DNA from: an uncultured Pseudobdellovibrionaceae bacterium
GTDB lineage: Bacteria > Bdellovibrionota > FAC87 > UBA2466
NCBI GenBank assembly: GCA_964653655.1
Contig: CAZZHG010000017.1
Coordinates: forward strand, 279-64,278
Reading direction: 5' to 3'
DNA: 64,000 nt
Shown here piece after piece: positions 56,427 to 64,000 of the stretch (position 1 is the first letter of the stretch; each line of letters begins with the position of its first letter). Below the pieces are notes generated by a model. The model searched no databases, was not told the origin of the DNA, and saw only the letters and a list, made by a program, of their open reading frames with translations. The translations under genes were made by a program, and so were the position numbers.

Positions 56427-56860
56427 GGGAGAGTCCGCAAAGCAATCGCCGGCTTTTCGCAATTGGTTATGACGGGCTTGCCCGCAGTAGCCGGAGGCGA
56501 AGGCGGGAGGAAAGTCCGGACACTAGCGATGGCCGTAGCGGGTAACACCCGTCCAGCGCGAGCTGAGGACCAGCGCAACAGAAAGGATGTACAGGGCGTT
56601 ACCGGAGACCTTGGCAAAGTTTCCGGGTGGAGGAGAAATCCTCGAGCCGCTGTAGTGAAAACAGGCAAGCTCTACGGAGTGCAAGGCCAAACAGAGACGA
56701 TTCGGACTATCGTTCCGTGAAGGGAAACTTTCACAGTCTCGGGTAGGTCGCTCGATCCCGTCGGCAACGGCGGGGCTAGAGGAATGATTGCTCCAGTACC
56801 TGGATCTAGTTGTGGCAGAAAGGTACTTGAACAGAATCCGGCTTAGCGCGGACTCTCCCG
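56427..56860 (+). ncRNA. rnpB: RNase P RNA (bacterial type A)
   Basis: GAGGAAAGTCC and AACAGAATCCGGCTTA conserved P4 halves. P1 helix GGGAGAGTCCGC (56427-56438) pairs with GCGGACTCTCCC (56848-56859). Confidence 0.95.
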
Positions 56861-56894
56861 CCACTTTCTAAAGTTAACGTTAACTTTGCCGCAC

Positions 56895-57116
56895 CTACTT
56901 CTTAGCTTTCGCTTCGAACTCGGCGGGCAGCCACCACTCGCCGTCCTTCTCGACGGGCGAGCCCATTCCCAAAAATCTTTCCTCGATGATTTCGGCGCCT
57001 AGCGTTTCGCGCGCGCGCGACCGAACGGCGTCGAGCCACGTTTCTCCGCCGCGCAGGCGATCGAGGACCTCTTTTCCGTCGATAAGAACGCGCACGGCCG
57101 GAATGGGATAGTTCAT
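56895..57116 (-). CDS. Small hypothetical protein
   Basis: 73-aa ORF coupled to the NUDIX gene by an ATGA overlap. Confidence 0.55.
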   Translation of the reverse strand: MNYPIPAVRVLIDGKEVLDRLRGGETWLDAVRSRARETLGAEIIEERFLGMGSPVEKDGEWWLPAEFEAKAKK

Positions 57117-57568
57117 CGCAAGAACACCTTTCCCTTGAACGCGAAAGCGTCCTCCACGCGGACGGGGTGGGACTTGAGCAGCGGATCGGGAAGGTTGCCC
57201 GGGGGAAACCAGCCCCAGTCATCGACCTCTTCGTTCGGATTCACTTCACCCTGAAAATCGGTCACGCGGTAAACGACCACGACGAATTGGCCGTGGTAGC
57301 CGCCCCTCAAAATCTCGGCGGTAACCGTCACCTTCGGATCGGAGTAGAGGCCCATCAAGGTCTGCGCGACGACCTTGAGGCCGGTTTCCTCCTCGACCTC
57401 GCGGCGGTTAGCCGTCGCCCAGTCCTCGCCGTTCTCGACGTGGCCTCCGGGCAGAACCCATTTGCCGGGCTCCCGGACCTTGTTCGAGCGCCTGGTAAGC
57501 AAAATTTCGCCGCGCGGATTGAAGATGGCGGCGTTCACGGCGGGGATGGGCACAATCAAAGCTGACAT
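57113..57568 (-). CDS. NUDIX hydrolase
   Basis: GGHVENGEDWATANRREVEEETG Nudix box. Confidence 0.92.
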   Translation of the reverse strand: MSALIVPIPAVNAAIFNPRGEILLTRRSNKVREPGKWVLPGGHVENGEDWATANRREVEEETGLKVVAQTLMGLYSDPKVTVTAEILRGGYHGQFVVVVYRVTDFQGEVNPNEEVDDWGWFPPGNLPDPLLKSHPVRVEDAFAFKGKVFLR

Positions 57569-57623
57569 TTTCTACTGGCGTTTCTACCACCCTGCACTAC
57601 AACGAGGCAACGCACGCGACACC

Positions 57624-58748
57624 ATGGAATTCGAAGTACTCAAAACCGAAGGGTTCGCCCGGCGAACCCGCCTGAAACTCGCCCACGGAACCGTGGAGAC
57701 CCCGGTCTTCATGCCGGTGGGCACCTATGGCGCCGTTAAGACGGTCACCCCGGACGAAGTGAAGGCGGCGGGCTCCCAGATTATTCTCGGCAACACGTAC
57801 CATCTGAATCTGCGGCCGGGCCTCGAAGTGCTCGGAAAGTTCGGCGGACTCCACAAGTTCATGGGCTGGGACCGGCCGATCCTCACCGACAGCGGCGGCT
57901 TCCAGGTCTTCAGCCTCTCGTCCTTCAAGAAGATGAGCGAGGAAGGCGTCGCCTTCCGCTCGCCGTTAAACGGCGATCTTCTGAACCTCACGCCGGAGTC
58001 CTGCGCTCAGATTCAGCAGGCCATCGGCTCCGATATCGCGATGGTTCTCGACGAGTGCGTCGCCCTTCCGGCTAAACGCGAGGCGCTAGTCGCCGCGGTC
58101 GAGCGCAGCCACCGGTGGGCCGCTCGCTTTCTCGCGGTCCCTCGCAAGGAAGGCCAAAACATTTTCGGAATCTGCCAGGGCGGAACGGACCCGGAGCTCA
58201 GAAGGGACAGCCTCGAAAGAACGCTGTCTCTGCCCATCGACGGACTGGCCATCGGGGGTTTGAGCGTCGGCGAGCCCTTCGAAGCGATGTCCTCGACCCT
58301 GCAAGCCCTCGCCCCGCACCTCCCCCCGAAGCTTCCCCATTACCTGATGGGTGTCGGAACGCCTCGGGATCTGCTGGAAGGGGTCTACTACGGGGTCGAC
58401 ATGTTCGACTGCGTGCTGCCGACCCGAAATGCCCGAAATGGCGGGTTTTTCACGGACGAGGGGCTGCTAAACATCCGAAACAGCCAGTACCGGCTGGACG
58501 AGCGGCCCATCGAGGAAGGGTGCGAATGCCCCTGCTGCCGGACCTACAGCCGAGCCTACCTAAGGCACCTGTTTTCCTTGAAAGAAATCCTCGGCTGCCG
58601 CCTTGCCACCCAGCATAACCTCCACTACTATCACCGACTTATGTTGCGGATGCGCTCGGCTCTGGACTCTGGTACATTCGGAGCTTTCTATAAGGAGACG
58701 CGGCCGCTCTTTTTGAAGGCATATCCCGCGTCGGAAGGAAATTTATGA
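57624..58748 (+). CDS. tgt: tRNA-guanine transglycosylase
   Basis: TPVFMPVGT, TDSGGFQVFSL, DMFDCVLPTR and CECPCC zinc site. Confidence 0.97.
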   Translation: MEFEVLKTEGFARRTRLKLAHGTVETPVFMPVGTYGAVKTVTPDEVKAAGSQIILGNTYHLNLRPGLEVLGKFGGLHKFMGWDRPILTDSGGFQVFSLSSFKKMSEEGVAFRSPLNGDLLNLTPESCAQIQQAIGSDIAMVLDECVALPAKREALVAAVERSHRWAARFLAVPRKEGQNIFGICQGGTDPELRRDSLERTLSLPIDGLAIGGLSVGEPFEAMSSTLQALAPHLPPKLPHYLMGVGTPRDLLEGVYYGVDMFDCVLPTRNARNGGFFTDEGLLNIRNSQYRLDERPIEEGCECPCCRTYSRAYLRHLFSLKEILGCRLATQHNLHYYHRLMLRMRSALDSGTFGAFYKETRPLFLKAYPASEGNL

Positions 58749-59134
58749 AGTTGGTTTCACTGCTCTCGTTGGCCCTTTCCAGTCTCTCTTTCGCGGACGC
58801 TCCCGCGGCGGCGGCGGCGGCCCCGGTCAATCCGGTCAGCCCCTTCATTCCGCTCCTCATCATTTTCGCGATTTTTTACTTTCTCATCCTCCGCCCCCAG
58901 CAGAAGAAGGCGAAGGAAACCCAGAAATTCATCAGCGAGCTGAAAAAGGGCGACATGGTCGTCACCAGCGGCGGCATCGTGGGAACGGTGAAGTCGGTGA
59001 GCGACCGCTTCGTCTCGCTCGATATCGATCAAGGCATTCAGCTCAAAGTACTCAAAAGTCACATCCTCGAATCGGCGGCTTCTCTGAAGGACACGACGAA
59101 GAAGACCACCCTCGCGGCTCAACCACAGGAATAA
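58745..59134 (+). CDS. yajC: Preprotein translocase subunit YajC
   Basis: FYFLILRPQQKK...LKKGDMVVTSGGIVG. Confidence 0.95.
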   Translation: MKLVSLLSLALSSLSFADAPAAAAAAPVNPVSPFIPLLIIFAIFYFLILRPQQKKAKETQKFISELKKGDMVVTSGGIVGTVKSVSDRFVSLDIDQGIQLKVLKSHILESAASLKDTTKKTTLAAQPQE

Positions 59135-59140
59135 TCGTAC

Positions 59141-60901
59141 ATGAAGGGTCTCACCTGGCGGATCGTCGGCACAGCATCCATCATCGCCTTCGCGGGCTAC
59201 TTACTGGTTCCAACGGTTCTGAAGTTCGGCTTCGGCAAGACAGTGCCGAGAGTCGCGAAAGACAGCGACCCTTGGTATTACCACCTGCTTCCGTCCGAGA
59301 CGCTCAAACTCGGCCTTGATCTCAAGGGCGGCCTACACCTGGTGCTCGGGATCGATTTCGAGGAAGTGAACCGCTCCGCGGCCACCAAGCTGAAGACTCA
59401 GCTCAAGGACCTCGCCGACCAGGAAAAGATCGCAGGTCTGTCCTTCGAAACGACGAAGGACAACAAAGTCGTCATCACGTTCCCGGACGAAGCCACCTGG
59501 AAGAAGATGGACGAGGTCGTTTCCAAGTACCTCGGCAGCACCGTGGACTTCGAAGGTCAGACGTCCACCCAAGTCGTCGTGCGCGCTTCCGAGGCCCACG
59601 CCGCCGACGTGAAGAGCCAGGCGATCGAGCAGGCGGTCGAAACCCTTCGTAACCGCATCGACGAGTTCGGAATCTCCGAGCCCATCATCACCCGCCACGG
59701 CACCGACAAGATTCTCGTTCAGTTTCCCGGTATCACGGACCCGAGCCGCCTTAAGGACATCATCTCCCGCACGGCGAAGCTCTCCTTTCAGATCGTGAAG
59801 AGCGGCCCCGAAGTTCCGGACGGCCCGCCTTCGCTCGACCAGCTCAAAACGTGGGTGAAGGAGTTCGAGACCGCGACGAACAAGAAACTCGACGCCAACA
59901 CGCCCATGTCCGCTTACCTTCGGGAGCTCAACACCTGGGCGGAGTCCAAGCTCCCGAAGAACACCGAGCTTCTCTTTTCCAAGCACACCAACGTGAACAC
60001 CCGCGAAGCGGAGTACATTCCTTACCTCGTGGATCGGGAACCACTGGTGACCGGCGAGGACCTCGCGGACGCGAGCGTGGGCTTCGATCAGAATACGAAC
60101 CTTCCGGAAGTGAATTTCACGATGACCCCGCTCGGCGCGGGCAAGTTCGAGAAGGCCACCGGCGAAAACGTCGGCAAGATGATGGCCATCATTCTCGACA
60201 GCAACGTGCACTCGGCCCCGCGCATCAAGGATCGCATCGGCGGTGGCCGCGCCCGCATCGAGCTCGGAGGCTCCGACAAGTCTCCGGATCAGATTCAGGC
60301 CGAAGCGAAAGACACTTCGCTGGTACTGCGGTCGGGCGCCCTCCCGGCGCGCCTTCTGTTCCTCGAGGAACGCGTCATCGGCCCCGCTCTCGGAGCGGAC
60401 GCCGTGCAGAGAGGTACCTACTCTCTTCTCGGTGGCGTGTGCCTCGTGTTCCTCTTCATGGGCATCTACTACCGGACCTCGGGCTGGTTCGCGAACTTCG
60501 CGCTCGCCCTCAACGGTTTGTTCACGCTGGCGTGCATGGCGGCCTTCGAAGGCACGCTGTCGCTACCGGGTCTTGCGGGTTTGACCCTGGGCCTCGGCAT
60601 GTCGGTCGACGCGAACGTACTCATTTTCGAGCACATCCGCGAGGAACTGAGGCTTGGCCGGCCGCTCAATGCGGCCATTTCGGAAGCCTACACGCAGGCT
60701 TTCGGCGCCATCTTCGACTCGAACACGACGACCGTCATCGCAGCGGTCGTACTGCTCGAGTTCGGATACGGCCCGATCAAGGGGTTCGCGGTAACGTTGG
60801 TGATCGGAGTCATCTCCTCCATGTTCACCGCCGTCTACGTAACCCGCATGATCTACGACGTGCTGGTCCTTAACCGTAACCGCAAATCCATCGGAGTTTG
60901 A
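59141..60901 (+). CDS. secD: Protein translocase subunit SecD
   Basis: LGLDLKGG, RNRIDEFGISEP, LRSGALP and GMSVDANVLIFE. Confidence 0.96.
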   Translation: MKGLTWRIVGTASIIAFAGYLLVPTVLKFGFGKTVPRVAKDSDPWYYHLLPSETLKLGLDLKGGLHLVLGIDFEEVNRSAATKLKTQLKDLADQEKIAGLSFETTKDNKVVITFPDEATWKKMDEVVSKYLGSTVDFEGQTSTQVVVRASEAHAADVKSQAIEQAVETLRNRIDEFGISEPIITRHGTDKILVQFPGITDPSRLKDIISRTAKLSFQIVKSGPEVPDGPPSLDQLKTWVKEFETATNKKLDANTPMSAYLRELNTWAESKLPKNTELLFSKHTNVNTREAEYIPYLVDREPLVTGEDLADASVGFDQNTNLPEVNFTMTPLGAGKFEKATGENVGKMMAIILDSNVHSAPRIKDRIGGGRARIELGGSDKSPDQIQAEAKDTSLVLRSGALPARLLFLEERVIGPALGADAVQRGTYSLLGGVCLVFLFMGIYYRTSGWFANFALALNGLFTLACMAAFEGTLSLPGLAGLTLGLGMSVDANVLIFEHIREELRLGRPLNAAISEAYTQAFGAIFDSNTTTVIAAVVLLEFGYGPIKGFAVTLVIGVISSMFTAVYVTRMIYDVLVLNRNRKSIGV

Positions 60902-60908
60902 GGCAACT

Positions 60909-61850
60909 ATGAGATTCTTCCAGATAGTCTCTCCGGACACGAACTTCGACTTTATCGGAAAGTTTAAATACTTCCTGGCCTTCTCGATTATCTCGCTTAT
61001 CGCGGTGATCGCCGGGATGTACACGAAGGGACTGAACTACGGCATCGACTTCACGGGCGGTACCGCCATCAACGTAAAGTTCGCAGCCCCGAAATCCCCG
61101 GAAGACGTTCGAAAGCTCGTCGCCGACGCGGGTGAAGCGGATGCTTCCGTGGTCGCCGCGGGAACCGAAGGCACCGATTACATCATCACGGCCCGCACCG
61201 TTAAGGAAACGACGGATATCGCGCCTCTCGACAAGCGCCTCGCGGAAAAGGCCGGGGCCAGCAACTTTGTAATTCAGTCGGTCGACATCGTCGGACCGAA
61301 GGTGGGCGCCGAGCTCAAGAAAGCGGCCTTGATGTCGCTTTTCTACTCCATCCTTTTGATCGCGGTCTACGTGTGGTTTCGGTTCGATATTCGGTTCTCT
61401 CCGGGAGCGACGCTCGCAATGGTGCACGACATCACCGTCGCCACGGGCTTTTACCTCATTACCGGCACGGAATTCACCATCACGGCGGTCGCGGCCCTTC
61501 TCACCATCGCCGGCTGGAGCGTGAACGACACCATCGTGGTTTACGACCGCATACGGGACATGCTCAAAAAGGGCGGGGACGCCATGCCGTTGCCCCAGCT
61601 CATCAACAAGGCGGTCAATATAACTCTAGGCCGCACTCTGATTACGTCGCTCCTCACCTTCTTCTCGATTTTGCCGGTAGTTCTCTTCTGTACGGGAGAG
61701 CTTCGGAGCTTCGCCATCGCGATGTGCTTCGGCGTGGTGGTGGGAACGTACTCGACCATTTATATCGCGGCGCCGCTCACGATTTACGTCGATCGCATGA
61801 TCACCAAGCGCGAAGCCCGCCGGACGAATACTAAAACGGCCACCGCATGA
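60909..61850 (+). CDS. secF: Protein translocase subunit SecF
   Basis: [26 protein letters not shown] and GTYSTIYIA. Confidence 0.96.
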   Translation: MRFFQIVSPDTNFDFIGKFKYFLAFSIISLIAVIAGMYTKGLNYGIDFTGGTAINVKFAAPKSPEDVRKLVADAGEADASVVAAGTEGTDYIITARTVKETTDIAPLDKRLAEKAGASNFVIQSVDIVGPKVGAELKKAALMSLFYSILLIAVYVWFRFDIRFSPGATLAMVHDITVATGFYLITGTEFTITAVAALLTIAGWSVNDTIVVYDRIRDMLKKGGDAMPLPQLINKAVNITLGRTLITSLLTFFSILPVVLFCTGELRSFAIAMCFGVVVGTYSTIYIAAPLTIYVDRMITKREARRTNTKTATA

Positions 61851-63142
61851 AACCGATCGCCACCGTCCGAGAGCTGGGAAAGTTCGCGGGGCAATCCGTC
61901 ACGCTCCGCGGCTGGGTCTACAACAAGCGCAGCTCCGGCAAAGTAAAGTTCCTGATGTTCCGCGACGGCTCGGGCATCGTCCAAGCCATTCTGGTCGCCG
62001 GCCAAACACCGGAGGCGGCCCTCGCCGATTTCGAAAAGCTCACTCAAGAAACGTCGCTCATCATCACCGGCAAGGTACGGGAGGAGAAGCGGGCGAAGGG
62101 CGGTTACGAAGTCGATCTCGAGACGATGGAAATTCTGAGCATTGCCCAGGACTACCCCATCGGTCCGAAGGAACACGGCCCCGACTTTCTGCTTTCCAAC
62201 CGCCATCTGTGGCTTAGAAGCCAGAGGCCCCACGCGATCCTTCGGATTCGCGCGCGGTTCGTGAAGGCCATCCGCGATTTCTTCGACAACAACGGCTTCA
62301 CGCTCATCGACACGCCCATCTTCACGCCGGCGGCCTGCGAGGGAACGACGACGCTGTTCGAGACCGAATATTTCGGCGAGAAGGCTTATCTCTCCCAGAG
62401 CGGACAGCTCTACGGGGAAGCCGCCGCAATGGCGTTCGGCAAGATTTATTGCTTCGGCCCGACTTTTCGCGCCGAAAAGAGCAAGACCCGCCGGCATCTG
62501 ACGGAATTCTGGATGGTCGAGCCCGAGGTCGCGTTCAACGATCTCGACGCCAACATGGAGCTCGCGGAAAATTTCCTCGAGTACACGATTCAGACGGTGC
62601 TGAAGGAATGCAAAACCGATCTGGAAGTCTTGCAGCGCGACACGACGAAGCTCCAGAACGTGAAGGCCCCCTTCCCGCGCATCAGCTATGACGAGGCGAT
62701 CGATCTTCTGAAGACGAAGGGGATTCCCACGGAATGGGGCGGCGATTTCGGCGCTCCGGAAGAAACCGCGCTCGCCGAGAGCTTCGATAAGCCCCTTTTC
62801 ATCCACCGGTATCCGGCCGCCATCAAGGCCTTCTACATGAAGCCGGATCCGAAAAACCCGAAGGTCGCTCTCGGCGTGGACTGCATCGCCCCCGAAGGCT
62901 ACGGCGAAATCATCGGCGGCGGCCAGCGCGAGGAAGACCTCGAAGCGCTCCTATCCCGGCTGAGGGCCCACGGGCTGCCGGAAGCCGCCTTCGACTGGTA
63001 TCTGGATCTCCGTAAGTTCGGAAGCGTGCCCCACGCCGGCTTTGGGCTCGGCGTGGAGCGCACTGTTTCCTGGATTTGCGGACTCGATCACCTGCGCGAA
63101 GCTGCCGCGTTCCCGCGCATGATCCACCGCCTCAAGCCTTAA
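61847..63142 (+). CDS. asnS: Asparagine--tRNA ligase
   Basis: [39 protein letters not shown] and PHAGFGLG. Confidence 0.94.
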   Translation: MKPIATVRELGKFAGQSVTLRGWVYNKRSSGKVKFLMFRDGSGIVQAILVAGQTPEAALADFEKLTQETSLIITGKVREEKRAKGGYEVDLETMEILSIAQDYPIGPKEHGPDFLLSNRHLWLRSQRPHAILRIRARFVKAIRDFFDNNGFTLIDTPIFTPAACEGTTTLFETEYFGEKAYLSQSGQLYGEAAAMAFGKIYCFGPTFRAEKSKTRRHLTEFWMVEPEVAFNDLDANMELAENFLEYTIQTVLKECKTDLEVLQRDTTKLQNVKAPFPRISYDEAIDLLKTKGIPTEWGGDFGAPEETALAESFDKPLFIHRYPAAIKAFYMKPDPKNPKVALGVDCIAPEGYGEIIGGGQREEDLEALLSRLRAHGLPEAAFDWYLDLRKFGSVPHAGFGLGVERTVSWICGLDHLREAAAFPRMIHRLKP

Positions 63143-63147
63143 CAAGC

Positions 63148-63999
63148 TCAACCCTTAAAGAGCCCAAGGCCCACTCCAGTGAATCCGGGGAATATGTCCG
63201 TCATCTTGTTCGCCGCGACCTGAAAGCGTCTGCGGAAGAGCTCATGGAACACGTGGCGGTAGTCCACCGTCACGCGCACGTCGCCGGGCGCTTCCAGCTG
63301 ACGCAGATCCCACGCGGCACCGCCGGGAACCTGAGTGACGACCTTTTTGCCGTTCACTTGGCCGCCCATCGTGAAGAGCACGCCGCCGCGGCCGTGATCG
63401 AGGCCGCCGCTGCCGTTCTGGGCGACCCGTCTGCCGAACTCGCTCATCACGACAACCGTCGTGCGGTTCCACAGTCCATTCGCTTTCAGATCGGCCGCCA
63501 TCTGGCCCAGCGCCTTATCGATGCGGATCATGAGGTTATTGAACGCCCCTTCGTTCGGTCCCATGTTGAAATGCGTGTCCCAGCCGCCGATATCGATTGT
63601 AAGCATCTTGAGTCCCGGATCGGTGGCGAGAAGCTGAACGGCCGTCGGAAACGCCGAAATGTTCCCGTACTGCTCGCCGGTACCGAGATTGAGATCGCCG
63701 CGCTTCTTAATCGCCTCCTTCACGGTCTCCAAGGCATTGCCGGCCTGATAACCGCGGCTGTGAGAGAGCGAATCGATCCGGGTTTTTTCCTCGGGCACCG
63801 ACTGCATGCCTTTCGCGAGCCGGCTCTCGAGGGCAAGCCCTGAGACGATTCCCGGGGCCGTGAGGTTCGGGTATCCGGCCAGCGAAACGGGAAGGCTGAC
63901 CGCCAGCTGTTGGCCGCGTAGAGATAGATTCACTTTCGTTCCGATGGAAACCGCCGGGAGCTTCGTCGACTTATCCGAAATCTCCGCGAGCGAGCGGTT
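63148..63999 (-). CDS. DUF1501 domain protein, 5'-truncated
   Basis: GGWDTH, MSEFGRR..QNGSGGLDHG and VDYR. Frame is open to the window edge. Confidence 0.85.
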   Translation of the reverse strand, partial: NRSLAEISDKSTKLPAVSIGTKVNLSLRGQQLAVSLPVSLAGYPNLTAPGIVSGLALESRLAKGMQSVPEEKTRIDSLSHSRGYQAGNALETVKEAIKKRGDLNLGTGEQYGNISAFPTAVQLLATDPGLKMLTIDIGGWDTHFNMGPNEGAFNNLMIRIDKALGQMAADLKANGLWNRTTVVVMSEFGRRVAQNGSGGLDHGRGGVLFTMGGQVNGKKVVTQVPGGAAWDLRQLEAPGDVRVTVDYRHVFHELFRRRFQVAANKMTDIFPGFTGVGLGLFKG

Positions 64000-64000
64000 C

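Noticed and set aside
56343..56864. Short ORFs overlapping the alr-NUDIX gap
   Set aside because: The region is explained by the RNase P RNA.

Overview
High-GC bacterial chromosomal window. Gene order and content suggest a Bdellovibrionota or deltaproteobacterial-type organism (inference only). From left to right: (1) the tail of an exopolysaccharide locus (Wzc-like protein, five GT4 glycosyltransferases, SLBB export protein); (2) a six-gene, translationally coupled RiPP-like operon (HPrK-like kinase, PqqD/RRE, radical SAM/SPASM enzyme, unannotated 59-aa precursor peptide, S24/S26 peptidase, nucleotidyltransferase), the best candidate for an undescribed system; (3) the rimP-nusA-infB-rbfA-truB-rpsO-pnp-M16 peptidase operon; (4) PBP1A, a small RHH protein, a LamG lipoprotein and an orphan sigma54 promoter ahead of a structured, probably non-coding RNA; (5) acpP-fabF-rpiB-glyA-nusB and hflX-dehydrogenase-ppsR; (6) a CPAF-like S41 protease and several envelope proteins; (7) metF-gcvT, then two paralogous secreted proteins with C-terminal CxxCH motifs, each behind its own sigma54 motif, then gcvH-gcvPA-gcvPB and downstream genes; (8) alr, rnpB, tgt-yajC-secD-secF-asnS and a truncated DUF1501 gene. 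I saw no rRNA, tRNA, CRISPR array or transposase. All family assignments come from motif recognition by eye; no database search was run.
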